DNA of 64,000 bases from Podarcis pityusensis (Eukaryota), in assembly GCA_964106645.2 (NCBI GenBank), contig OZ067040.1; one strand, written 5' to 3'. The notes beneath the pieces are model-generated. The model was not told the DNA's origin. It did no database searches and saw only the letters and a list, made by a program, of their open reading frames with translations. Below are positions 50,835 through 63,326 of this stretch, piece after piece. Position numbers and translations under genes: made by a program. Within the stretch, counting starts at the first letter, position 1. Every line of letters begins with the position of its first letter.

Positions 50835-51519
50835 GTAAACTGCTTTGAGACTTCATTAAAATCAGGTATATAGAGCTTGCAAAATAACAAACAAAGAAAT
50901 ACAGCCATTCCCCCCTCCCTATAAAATTGTGATAGTTATTTAAAGCTGCTCCCCGGGCACAGCTGGAAAAGCTTGAAATAAAAGAATATAAAGTCCCCAT
51001 AGCGCTCTTCAGATAGAGCCGTTTCAAGCTGAATCCACAGGGGCATATGGAGAGTTTGACCTGTTAATTGTTAGCAATGTGACAACAGCATGACCAAACA
51101 AGTATTTTTCTTCCTCTCATAGTTAGTAATCAAAACCTAAGCCTTTTAGCGCTGTGCCAAAAGCTTTTCTCTTCTTTTTTTCTTTTTTTGGTGGTGTGTG
51201 TCATTCTATACTCATTAATTAAAAAAATGAATTGCATTTGAAAATTATCATAGGAGAGAAATTAGTTTGCTCAAATTCTTACGGGTAGGGTGCAGGGTTT
51301 TGGTGCATTTCCCTTACATTTGAGATGGCTACAGGGTGTTTGTGAGTCTGCTTTCTGCAACCCTCCTGGGTGACAGACTTCCCCCCACAAATCATTATGG
51401 CCTCAGCTGAGATTTCCTGTAAGGATTTAAGATTGTCAACTGCATGCCTACGAGCTATTCGCTTTTCTATATGCTTTCTTGCTTTTGAAGTAATCCATGT
51501 GGATTTTTAAAATATAGTA

Positions 51520-51771
51520 GAGCCAGTGTGGTGTAGTGGTTGAGAGCGGTAGTCTTGTAATCTGGGGAACCGGGTTCGCGTCTCCGCTCCTCCACATGCA
51601 GCTGCTGGGTGACCTTGGGCCAGTCACACTTCCTTGAAGTCTCTCAGCCCCACTCACCTCACAGAGTGTTTGTTGTGGGGGAGGAAGGGAAAGGAGAATG
51701 TTAGCCGCTTTGAGACTCCTTAAAGGGAGTGAAAGGCGGGATATCAAATCCAAACTCTTCTTCTCTTCTTC
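51520..51771 (+). mobile_element. Young Squam3-type tRNA/CORE SINE with (CTT)n tail
   Basis: A box TGGTGTAGTGG, B-box-like GGTTCGCGTCT, core GCTGGGTGACCTTGGGCCAGTCAC, CTT-repeat tail; short TSD TAGTA. Confidence 0.88.
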
Positions 51772-54700
51772 TAGTAATAAAAAGAACTTCCTTTAAAAGC
51801 AAGATCAGTGAGCACACCAATCTCCAGAGCCCTGTAGCCAGCCAGCCTGGCTTCCTGTGATTCAATTAAAGCTTGAGGGAAGACATCATGGATAACTCCT
51901 CCCATGGGTTTTCTCAGATCAGGAAGCACAGGCAGCTGGGGAGGCTGCAAAGTGCTGGAGAAATGGTTAATGGAAAAGAAAGCACACACATCAAAACACC
52001 TTAACCACCACACAGTCATGAGGTAAACTCAACCCCACACCCACCAAAGATATAAATAAATTCTAAAGTGCCTCAAGAATAAGGCAGAAAGATGGAAGCC
52101 ACTTTCACTGGTCAAGAAAACTTTGGAGAAATTGGAGGACAGGTTTCAGCACAACACAAATTCACATTTAGACCCAGAGGAGTAGTTTTTCATTTCTTGA
52201 AGATAAGTACCTTCAAAATTCTCCAAATTGAATGAATGCCAGTTATTTTAGCTTTTTTTAACTGCTGCTATGCCACCAATGGTGGTGATTGCCTCAGGTT
52301 TTGAAGGAAGTTTGAACAAAATAATTTGGTTACCCATTGCATTTTATAACACCTACCATGATCAATGACAGGGAACTCTCACAAGTTAGATTATTCCATC
52401 TCCAGTCCGAATTGATGCTGAATTGTTGCAGAAACACTTTATGTGTGATGCATTTCCAATCTGAAAATGAAATGTTGCATTGCTTTTCACTTTATGTGGG
52501 GAAGTAATGGAAGTATTCCTCTTTCAATAACACCAATCAGCAATTTGCAGAGGAACCCTAGAAAAGGTAATGTTGGTTGATTCCCCCTTTCCCCCATAGC
52601 CCCCTGTGCTCCCCCCATCTGCTCCAGAGAGTTCCAGAGCCCTTCGGAAGTTCATGCAAGGATCTTCAGGAGAAAGGGGGAAATTGCAGCAATTGTTTCT
52701 CCCCCCTGTCTATTCATGGAAGTCTTTGCTGCAGCAAAGAGCTTCTATGAGCTGAGGGTCACCAATGGGTACAGCCCATGGTTCCAATTACTTTAATACT
52801 GGGCTTCAGGGAGTGGCTGCAATGGATCTATACACATAGCCACTCTTACAGTATTTGCTGCCTCACGACAGTGAGAAGCTGAGATCAGTTAATTATTTTT
52901 GTCTGCATGAGCTTTACTTTTAAAAGTTAATGTGGTTTGTTCTGCCTCTGCTGTGCAATGAGAGAAATTTGCAGACATTGTAAAGGCAAATCCTAGAAAA
53001 CCAATTATACACATTAGGATTATTGCTATCCTGCTGCTGACTTACGCTCCCCGACAAATAATGCACTGTATTATTTATCAACTGTTGTGTAAGCGCTTGA
53101 TGGAATAATTGATTTCAATACAATCATGAGAGCTGTTCTTAGATTCGATGTACTTACACTGTCATGCCTGAATTTGGCAGGGGGAGAACTCTAGTTTGCA
53201 ATATTCAGTATCTTCTACTAAATAATGGTTGGTTTTCAATTAATGAGTCCCATCAGTGGAAGCCCTGGGCAAGGGCATAGAATCTGAATATAGGGTCTGT
53301 GGAGACCTTTTGAATTACCTAACCCCCCAGCCCAGGGCTCTTATCCACACCAAACAATTTTTTCTGAATTCCCCCAAAGACCCTATCAAAAGAAATAGAA
53401 AAAATGTAGATACAGTACTCGGGTTGTGGTGGGCAAAGAGGTTGAAACCTATTTATCCATCTCAGCACCTTAGTAAGGATGCCGATTGGCTCTCCCTATT
53501 CGTCAGATCAATCATTTGATGAGTGGATCAGCTGAGGGTGGCTGTTTGACTGTGTATTTTGTATGTGCCTGTGTGCAAAACTGTGGGGTGGCCATTCCCA
53601 CCAATGGCATGCAGCCCCATAGAGCTGGCCAAGGATGAATGTAGCCCTTAGGCCTAAAAAAAAGCGCCTCTGCTCTAGTTACTTGGTTTAGAAGCATGCT
53701 TCATGGCCTTTATCTCAGTTTGATGTGACCACTATTTGCCTAGCTTCAGATATCACTGGCAGAGTGTCAGCAGATTAATGTGGAAGACATTTTCACATCT
53801 AGCTGACCACATTTCTGATAACATTTGACGAACAACTTGCATTGGCTGTAGATGCAGGTTTGTTGATCCATGACAAAAGCCAGCTCCAATAATCTTTCAC
53901 TAATGCATGACCATATAATAATTTTGTCTCTTCACTGCCATTCCATGATTTGACTTGGCTGGTGTTGACTTACTTCTCTTAAACATTTCATGGTAGAACT
54001 CAATATGGCAGGGGGAAAGCATTCATCTCTATATAATGAGTTACTTTTTCAAAGAACCCTGAACTTTCAGAATACTCTAAAACTATGTGTTGGAAAAACA
54101 TTATTCGGTGTAATTTCTGACATCTCCCACAAGTACGGAATCAACAATGATGAACAGTCAAAATAAATGAGTTTGGCATTCACCAGAGTGACAATCAGCG
54201 TGTAGGCTGGTTGCAATAAATTGGAAGGAATCTGAAGAAAACCAAAATGTATACATGGGCTTATTTGTCTGATGAGTTAAACCAAGTCCTGGAATTTGAT
54301 TGTCTTTGTATCTATTTTTTATTAAGTTGCCCTTTCTGCTGTCTGCCAGTCTGCCATTTAATTTGAAGGGATAACTCAAGCTATACAATTTGATTATTAT
54401 TATTATTTTAAGAGTCAGGATAAACATCTCACTGGAGCAGGTTATTTGTGTTGACAGAATGCAGGGACCACAACTAGATTGGGCCTGTTGATGTTGTGGG
54501 GTGAAAGCTATTGAAAGCTAGACCCCAGATTTGCTCCTCATGTTTTGTTTTGTTTTCTGGCACCATTTGTAAAAGTCTCAATTCATTATTTTCTTCATCT
54601 ATTTAATTTGTGTATTGCTTCCCTGACAAAAGTCCTGAAGCTAGTGACAAAAATACAAATATAAAACAAGCATGCAACATAGAAAATGAATGAGTTCTAA

Positions 54701-57652
54701 CAACAGTATGCTGAAAGGTCACCCACAAAAACAGATCACAAAACTCCTCCCACCCAACAGTGAGATGAATCAACTGCAGCCAGAGACATCATAAAAGACA
54801 GTGGCCCATATTAGTGCCCCAATGTCTGGGAGAATAATAATAAAAGGAAAAAAAGATCTTTACCTGATGCTGGAAAGAGGACAATGATCTGAGGAGCTTT
54901 CCTGAGGAGAGTGTTCCACAACTAGGGGTTTACCACAGAAAGGGCCTGTTTTCCCCTTGTTATCCTCCACACCTCTCTGCCATTGGGTCTTGGTACATCC
55001 ATACAGGGAACTGAGGTTAGTTGATAAGATATAAAAACAACTGCTGCGTTTCTCTGCTGTGGCAACTCCAAAGGCTGACAGTGTATTGTCTCATGAAGTT
55101 GTAGGCAGAACCATCCTTTGTCTGATGCAACCGGATGTATGTTTTACCCAATCAACTTTATTTATCAAATTCATTAAACCTTTTATTGGCATCACGTACA
55201 ACATCAAAAACAAATCAATACAGAATTACCACTTCCCCGGTGGCACAAAACATTTGCTAAAAGAAGGGAGACAGAGCAGTCTATCGTCACATCTCTTGGT
55301 CTCCAGGGAGATCAGACATCTGCAGTGTATTTCCAAAAAACCAAATAGAGATATTTAGCCACTAACTTGGTGAGCTCCTGATCAACTTTATTTTAGCATG
55401 ATCCAACATGGGTTGTCTTGCAATATGGATATATATTGAACCCATTAATAAAATACAGAGCCACGTATATGCCTGATTTGAGGAGAGTGGGAAAAAGTTT
55501 CATCCTTAAGACATGTGGTCACGTGCAGGGGCGCCATCTCCCCCTCAGGATTGTGGATGCCCACAGCCATAACACAAATGTGTGACATCACATGCACATG
55601 CCTGCACGTAGTGCAATGTCGCATTGTGTTATTGGAGGGGGCCTCCTCTTCCTCCTCCGCCTCCTCCTCCATAGCCAGCAAGGTGCCCTTTTCCACAGGG
55701 CGTTTGCCATTGCTCATTGACCTTGTGGGTGCCCAGCCCCCACAATTATATTATTGTGGGTGATCAAGCACCCATGGCCCCCTGGAGTTGGCTCCTATGG
55801 TCATGTGACATCATATGGCCTCATGAGATCATATGACTGAAATTACAGAGAAAGCAAAAAATTAAAATTAAAATCTGCCACTGGATTTGGGAACTTTTTG
55901 ATTCAGTGTCTGACTATACATGACCTGAGATTACATCCAGTTCCATTACCTTTTCTAGAACTTGTCAATCCCTTTAATGCTATGGTTTAAGCTTCTTCTA
56001 TCTCTCTTTAAGATATGACTCTGACCAGGTAAGAAGAACTTTCTGGAGGGGAATAAATGGGTACCTGAAGAGGCACGTATTTTCTGTCTCTTAAATGGAG
56101 GTGACTAGTGCCAGCTTCAGGGTATTAGAGAGTGAGGTAAACACACTGAGCCTCTTTAAGCTGTAAGAAAACGGAAGGAAATAAACTTGTTTATTCAGCC
56201 CAGTGTGTTTTAGTCCAATTCCTTCTTCAGGGGCACTCTGTAATGGCAAATTTTAATCCTATTCTCTTCATGCTGTTGCTTATTTGATGAAAATGTCCCT
56301 GGGGAAGAACGTAGTTTGAAATGCCCTTGGCTCCTAAGCATTCCTTTCTCTCCCCTGCACTTTGTGTTTTCAGGAAAACATATGAAGAAAAATAGCCAAT
56401 ATGGTGCCCTCTCCCAACAAAAATTATACTTTGAGGAAAGACATCTGTAACCTTTTATGGAAGGTCTAGGTACGGGTCTGGACCCATGGCCTTGCAGTTG
56501 CTTCTGTACTACAGTTCCCATCACCCCTTACCATTGGCTATGCTGGCTGGGGCTGATGGGAGTTGAAGTTCAACAACCACATTTGCTATCCTTGCTTGTT
56601 AACAACCAATTGCTCTTGTGAACATGGTGGTCTCCACCCACCCTTTCATTGTCTTTATTGCCTTCCCACTTTTGCTTTCTTCTTCCTGTTAACCTGCAAG
56701 GCAACTGGATATTTCAGGGCAAAGTATAGGAAGAACTGCTAATCCATCAATTCGATTGCTATGACTACTCATTGATTCTAAGACTATTCAGTCATCGGCA
56801 GTGTAGATATTGTAAGGAGCACATGCTGAAGAAATATCAGATGTATCCTTTTCTTTAGCATGAGAGATCTATGTAGCAGAAAAATCTAAACAACAGAGAT
56901 TTATTAGGCTGTCACTGCTAATGGCAGACTGTCGGGCTGGGAAAGAAATTAGGGGGTGGTGGCTGAATAAAAGGAAGTCTTCTAAGAATGGAAGATAAAT
57001 GAATTTGTGAGAAAAGCTTCTTGCTTCACTAGACCATACACAAATCAGCTCTGTGACCTGGCAACTTTCTTTTAGATTTGTTCTTTTCAAATCAAAAGAA
57101 CTGGCATCTGACTCAGTACCTGGTGATTCTGCGACAAGTAGGTGCTGCATTTCATCTTAAACCCTGCCAATGATAGATGAGCTATCTTATTTAAAGCATC
57201 AAATGCTCATGGCAATAGCAACCAGACAGCTTGTCATTGCAGGGCATTTCCAGACAGTTGTTTTCCAGACAATAAATGCAATTGAACTTGTAACTCACGT
57301 GTTGCAGAGGAGAAGAGAGTTGCCACAGGCTTTGAACTGCATACTCAAATTACTTGGCCTGGCTTCTTACTCTTTGTACCACCAGCATATTGCAACCTGC
57401 TGAAGGTGTTTGCTGGAGGAGCTGCTAGCCTGTTTTCTGTATCACTGCAGCGCCATCACTGCCAATGGACAGAAGTGGCGTTGCAGCTACCAATGTCTTC
57501 TAAGCTCAAATGGTGCAAGGAGCCACTAAAGCTGCTGACTCTGGTATGGCTTCTCAGTCCGAGAGGTGTTGCCTTGACAGGAGAATTTTAATTGTTGTAA
57601 GAAAGGTTGTCATCAACCCTAATGTGTCAGCCATTTTATTGTTTTATAAATA

Positions 57653-57923
57653 CCGTATTTTTCTGTGTATAAGACGATGTTTTTTACTTTAAAAGTTAAG
57701 GCAAAAATTGTGGGTCATCTTATACGGATAGTGAATGCAGAGTGGGGTGAGCGGGCGATTGTTGAGTGTGTGGGTGATTGTTGGTATCCATATTGGGTGG
57801 GCGGCCAACTGTTGGCGACGGCTGTGGTGAATACACCCCCCCCCCCAATATATTGATTTCTTAATTTTGGGTCCAGAAAAATAGTCTTATATATGGGGGT
57901 GTCTTATACACAGAAAAATAAGG
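57653..57923. mobile_element. Tc2-like (CCGTA-TIR) MITE
   Basis: TIRs CCGTATTTTTCTGTGTATAAGAC / GTCTTATACACAGAAAAATAAGG; TA TSD. Confidence 0.88.
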
Positions 57924-58399
57924 TATACACTGCTATGCAGAGTTTATATGCATTTGTGCACACATTCCTTTGGCTGGAGAACTGCGTTGCAAAATTTGGA
58001 GGGCTGCAAATTTCAATAGATTACTGGTTTTGATGCACATAGTGTCTTGGAATCTACAAACTATGTAAGTTTCCCCTTAGGTTGAAACTGAATCAAATTT
58101 CTCATTTTCCTACATTGAGCAAATGTAATAGTACTCTTGTGTCCTTGGGAATACCAACAAAGAGAGAGCTTACTTGGTTACTTGGTTCCCAAACAATGTT
58201 GTTTTACACTTGTTATTAACAAGTCAATTCTCAATGGTTTTTCACTCAAAGCAAGAAGAAAAACATGTTTTCACTCCTCCAATGTGCAGAAATCAAGTTG
58301 CCCCTGACAGATTCCAATGACATCTGTCAAAGGAACACAAGAAGAGATTCAGCTCAATTGGAAGAAAACAGAGTGCTAAGTGTCGGGTATCTATAAATA

Positions 58400-58641
58400 C
58401 AGTGGTACCTCGGGTTACATACGCTTCAGGTTACATACGCTTCAGGTTACAGACTCTGTTAACCCAGAAATAGTGCTTCAGGTTAAGAATTTTGCTTCAG
58501 GATAAGAACAGAAATCGTGCTCCGGCGGCGCGGCGGCAGCAGGAGGCCCCATTAGCTAAAACGGTGCTTCAGGTTAAGAACAGTTTCAGGTTAAGAACAG
58601 ACCTCCAGAACGAATTAAGTACTTAACCCAAGGTACCACTG
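58400..58641. mobile_element. Tc1/mariner-superfamily (pogo/Tigger-like) MITE, opposite orientation to 27998 and 34815
   Basis: TIRs CAGTGGTACCTCGGGTTA / TAACCCAAGGTACCACTG; TA TSD; tandem GGTTACATACGCTTCA x2. Confidence 0.93.
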
Positions 58642-58825
58642 TAGTGCAAAACAAGTGAGACCTGCAGCAAAATTCACTTCAGCCAGCCAGCCATGCCCTT
58701 TCCCCAGGATACTCCATTTCCCTCTAGTTTCTGCTCCCAGCCCCACAAGACACTCAGCATTCTTGGCCACTGTCTGGGGGCCTTCTTTGGGGTCCCTGCC
58801 TTGAGGGGGCCCATCATATATGTGG

Positions 58826-59016
58826 GGTCAGTGTGGTGAAGTTAGAATGCTGGATGGAGAGTTTGGAAATGCAAGTTCTAGTCCTGCTCAGCCATGAAAC
58901 TTACTGGGTTACTTTGGACCAGTCGCTCACTCCTAGTCAAAGCAACCTCACAGGATTCTAGTGAGGATAAAGTGGGGAGGAAGAGAAGATTCATGTAAGC
59001 CATCTTGGGTTCCTGG
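58826..59016 (+). mobile_element. Old MIR/Squam3-like SINE
   Basis: CAGTGTGGTG...CTCAGCCATGAAACTTACTGGGTTACTTTGGACCAGTC...ACCTCACAGGATTCTAGTGAGGATAAAGTGG. Confidence 0.7.
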
Positions 59017-59096
59017 AATATAAATAAATATAAATATAAATATAAATATAAATATAAATATAAATATAAATATAAATATAAATATAAATATAAATA
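59017..59096. repeat. (TAAATA)n hexamer microsatellite at the SINE tail
   Basis: About 12 units read directly. Confidence 0.95.
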
Positions 59097-61029
59097 ATTT
59101 TTAAAGCCTGACTATAGTAGGGCTGGGGTGGTACTATTAGCCCTGCCTGTGGCTGTGACTGTGTTCCTCACGCTGCCATAACAAAAGGACATTTGTTTGT
59201 TTTCTGATTTCTTCCATTAGCTTCAGGACCATCACACTGTTGGGATTCTGAAAGAAGAGAGTTGGCATCAATGCAACAATGTCAGTGCTGATGTGCTTCT
59301 CTCCATGTTTGATGCCCAGGGTAATTGCCCCCTGTGTGCCCCCTTACAAAGGGAATGCAGCCCTGGATTCCCCACCCCTGATTTAACTCATGTGAGGTGC
59401 ATTAAGTCCAGCATAAAATGCCCATTTCATGAATGAACACCAACACAACTTGGGACCCACTACACAGAATGCAGCTCAGATGTCAAAGTCCCATTTTTCC
59501 CCAGTCCCAGGTAAGCAGCAAAGCCAGGAGATGTATGTTAAGCTCCTGGCAGGCTGCCACACATGGCTGGCAGTGGATCACAATCTGTGAAAGCCAGAAT
59601 TTATGTAGCTAACTTTTACTTTATTTTACTAACACACCAGAATGTTCTTCTCTACCCTTAGAACATTCCACTCATTTGAAGATAGTCAGCTGAGATCTAT
59701 AATGATAAATTAAGACAGCTTTTATAGCTGTTTAACTATTCCATTTTTATGTCCTTATGCATATGAAAATAACTTGCTACAGACATTTTCAAGTTAATGC
59801 CTTTATTCCTTCCACTTTTCTGTTTCTGTATAAATGTGGAGGCTCATCTTTGTTCTCACAGGACGTTTCATTTCCCTCTCTTCTGCTGCAAAGAACAGCG
59901 AACTGCCTTTTCAGTGCACTTCTTACGTATTTTCATTCCTTGCTTTTCAATCTAAGAATCATTAACTATATATCTGAGAACTATTGTATGCCACTGCCAA
60001 TGTCATAGGCATAATAATTATTGCTTTGTGGTAACATTCACTGTGGGGTGTTGCAAAGATTTTTACTCTTTTCTCCCATCCTGAAATAATAGAGATCCGA
60101 TGAAAAGCATTTCCAACCAGTAAGTAAGATAATCACAATAGTTATCTCTTAAACTGTGTTGGTAGGAAGAGTCTTCATTAACATTAACATTAACATGTAT
60201 CTTACCGGGAGGCACCTCTGATCACAAAGGTCATCTCACTACAGAAAAGGCAATCCAAGTGTAGAGACAGAATTCTCTGAGTGGATTGGCCTTCTGATTT
60301 ACCATGAAGAAAAAAATAAATAAAAGTATTATTCAGATGCAGAGGTACATAGACAGCATGCCTACTCAGTACAAATCAACAATCATATATTTAGAGAACT
60401 CATGTTTCCAGGTGCTCCCTCTGCTCCCTTTTCTGGCACCCTCAGAGCTAAGAACACTGGCCATGCAAATAACAAAAAGAACCAAAAAGGAGCCCTGCTG
60501 GATCAGACCAAAAGCCTCATACAGCATCCTCTGTTCTCAGAGCCCAACCAGGTGTTTCTGAGAAGCTTCTGAGAAGCAGGACAGCAGCACAACCGGCATT
60601 CAGAAGGATGCACCTATGTACCTGGAGGTAGGATAGCCAAAAAGCCATTGTGATTAGTAGCCATTAATGACTTTCATTTCCAGGAATTTGTACCAACTAA
60701 ATTGGCAACCATCACTTGATCTTTTATAGTGTAAGCTTTGATGGACTACCAAAAACCCGTTGCTGAAGAAATTCTGTCTTCAGCCCCTTCTGTTAGATTT
60801 GTTTCTAGCCTCCAGCCATCAGATCAAGAAGGCTAAATGGGAAGTGATAGAAGTAGATGATATAGATCCATTACAATCTGGCTTCTTTACAAGATTCTAG
60901 ATGGGATTCTAGTTATAACCTATACTAGGTGAAAAACACAGGGAGCATCAGCTTTTGGATTCTTCTGGATCAGTCAGTGTCTTTTATTTGACAATGGTAT
61001 AATTTTGGATAGATTTTCTGGATTAGGGA

Positions 61030-61232
61030 GGGGCACTGATTTGCAGTAGTTCCACCTTCTTTGCCTACCATCCCAAATAGTTCCAGATGGTGATGCTGGG
61101 GGATTGTTGTCCTTCCCCTTGGGAATAATTCCGTGGAGTCCCACAGGGTTCCGGCTTCACTTCTATGCTTTTTAATGTCTATGTAAAACCACTGGAAAAG
61201 CTCATCTAGGGATCTGAGTGCGGGAGCACCAG
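61030..61232 (+). pseudogene. L2-clade reverse transcriptase relic
   Basis: From 61135 translates GVPQGSGFTSMLFNVYVKPLEKLI*, a degraded GVPQGSxLxPxLFNxY RT motif, with in-frame stops. Confidence 0.75.
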
Positions 61233-61349
61233 TATTAAGGAGAACGTGTAAGTGGGGTCCACAGCTGTATTGAGTAGTTCCTCCCCTTGCTGTCCACATG
61301 TACAGTGCAAATGTCTGAAGGGAGGGAGGGAGTCTTTGTTGGTATAGGA

Positions 61350-61485
61350 CAGGCTTCCTTAAACTCGGCCCTCCAGATGTTTTGAAACTACAATTCCCAT
61401 CATCCCTGACCACTGGTCCTGCTAGCTAGGGATCATGGGAATTGTAGGCCAAAAACATCTGGAGGGCCAAGGTTGAGGAAGCCCG
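61350..61485. mobile_element. Palindromic hAT (Charlie/MER5-like) MITE
   Basis: Arms GGCTTCCTTAAACTCGGCCCTCCAGATGTTTT / AAAACATCTGGAGGGCCAAGGTTGAGGAAGCC; approximate TSD GTATAGGA / GTATAGAC; interior shared with 36948-37082. Confidence 0.85.
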
Positions 61486-62873
61486 GTATAGACTCTAGAC
61501 CTCATAGAATCTTATATGTATGAAGACCCACTTCCTTCATATGTTTGTACTATGAGTTTACTGTGGTGATATAACCTCAGATGCCCCTACTGCCATCCAG
61601 GCAAGACGACCTTGTCTTCTACTGGAAGTAGAAAGGGTTGTGTGTGTGTGAGAGAGAGTGTGTGTTTTGTAGTGGCCCCTGCTTTCCGAAACAACTTCCA
61701 CAGGGAGCTCTGTCAGGCCCAGTCCACTCAGATTTTCAGGAGGTCAATACACATTCAGGCCTTCTGAGATCTGGAAGATATGGCTTTATGCCATGGCTAC
61801 TGTTGTTTTTTGTCAGTGTTTTAGTACATTGTGTTCTTGTATTTTTAATTGGCCTGCCCATAGCTGATAACACCAGCTAGAAGAAAGATGTTTTTCTTTA
61901 GAGGCAGATGAAGCACAGTTTTTCAGCTCTGCCTGTTTTCGGCATGCAAGATACCGATGAGTGTGTGTGTGTGTGTGCTTGCGCTGCAGTAAGACAGGAG
62001 GGAATTGAGGACTGAGCTGTTTGTAGACTATTAAGGGTTAGACGACTGATTTGAGAAATTAGGGCTAACACAAGTCTGTGTCCCTAGTGCCTAATGGATC
62101 CGAGAACAGTGGGCATCATGAGCTCAATAAATCATGCCAGAGAAGCATTACTGCTTTAAAATGAAATTAAAACCACAGTGAATATGGGGAACATAGTGGG
62201 TTTTATAATACTGAATTTAAAATGAAAACACTTCTTATTGCATCTTGCATAATCTTGCTACACAGCTGAGTTCAGAAGCTACATTAAATAAGAATACTGG
62301 CATAAGGACTGAAAAAATACAGCTTCAAAGGCTTAACTTAAGGATGAAGAGGCCTGTCTGGCTTTGTTTCAGCATCGGTTGAAAACCTGGCTACTCAGGG
62401 TTCATCCTCTTCTCTTTGGTGTGAGATTTTTTCCGTTTGTTCACTGACTTCTCGACATGGGTCTGAGAGGCTCTTCTTTTGTCCCTCCTCTTTCACAGAG
62501 AAAACCCATGGTTTACAGCAGCATTGGAATGTTCTGATTCAGCAGTAAACTATGAGTTTTCTTTGGAAAAGTGGTGGGACAAAAGGAGAACCTCTAGGAT
62601 CCATGCTGATAAGTCATGGGACAAACAGAAGAAATCTCAGACCAAACAGAAGTGTGGCATGGACATGTCCTTGCTGAGGCTTTGGGGCACTGTAAATATT
62701 GTAACTCATCCTCACTTGTGGATTGGCATCAGTGCCAAACTAGATAGGCCTTGGGTTTGATTCTGCAGGGCTCTTCTTATGTTTTTATCATGGCCACAAT
62801 CCAAACCATGAAAAAGCTTCAATTTGCACCTGAAACATCAGAGAAGTGGGACCTGTGCTGCAGTAGTGGTTGG

Positions 62874-63281
62874 TGTCAGGGAACTGCCATCGGAAGGAAG
62901 GGAGGTGGAAGGGCTCACACAGGTTGGGAGAGACTCAGCAGCTGAAGAGGGAACCAGTAGGGGGAGAAGAGCTGAGCTGAGGGAAAGTGAGCAGGAGGGA
63001 TGGCTCCGAGACACTTCCAGCGAAAACAGTGGGGAGGTTTCAGGACCTCCTGTAGGGACACCCACTCCTCGCCGGAAACTGTCACGCAGAGAGTCCAGAA
63101 GACGTGTTTCCGTTAAGGAGCTTTTATGTTGGAAACGATTCCGAAAGCAACCACTGTCGGAATCTGCAAGCGACTGACAGAGCCATGTTTAAGGGGCTCC
63201 GTTACAGACAGAGGTTTGCAAACTTGACCAAACTCTGAGGGACTTGGATTTTACGCACAAGCAGCTCATCGTCCCATCACA
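62874..63281 (+). mobile_element. 5' LTR (~408 bp) of a Ty3/Gypsy (Tf1/sushi-like) retrotransposon
   Basis: Starts TGTCAGGGA and ends TCCCATCACA (TG...CA, imperfect terminal IR); abrupt shift to CpG-rich sequence at 62874; followed by PBS and gag. The 3' LTR lies outside the window, so boundaries are inferred. Confidence 0.8.
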
Positions 63282-63283
63282 GC

Positions 63284-63294
63284 ATTCCGACAGT
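63284..63294 (+). promoter_or_regulatory. Self-priming primer-binding site (non-tRNA)
   Basis: ATTCCGACAGT is the exact reverse complement of ACTGTCGGAAT at 63153-63163 in the LTR; no TGG tRNA-type PBS after the LTR. Confidence 0.75.
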
Positions 63295-63326
63295 CTCTGT
63301 GAGCAGTTTGTGCAGGAGAAGGCATC

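Noticed and set aside
55170-55340. Possible minus-strand LINE or transcript 3' end (GCCAATAAAAGG)
   Set aside because: No recognisable ORF remnant or TSD; too weak to call.
60199-60240. U1 snRNA 5'-end resemblance (CTTACC...TGATCAC.AAGGT)
   Set aside because: It needs a 7-nt gap, similarity stops after about 40 nt, and there is no Sm site or downstream stem.
61585-61637. Imperfect hairpin as a pre-miRNA
   Set aside because: The stem is short and heavily bulged, and I recognise no conserved mature miRNA.
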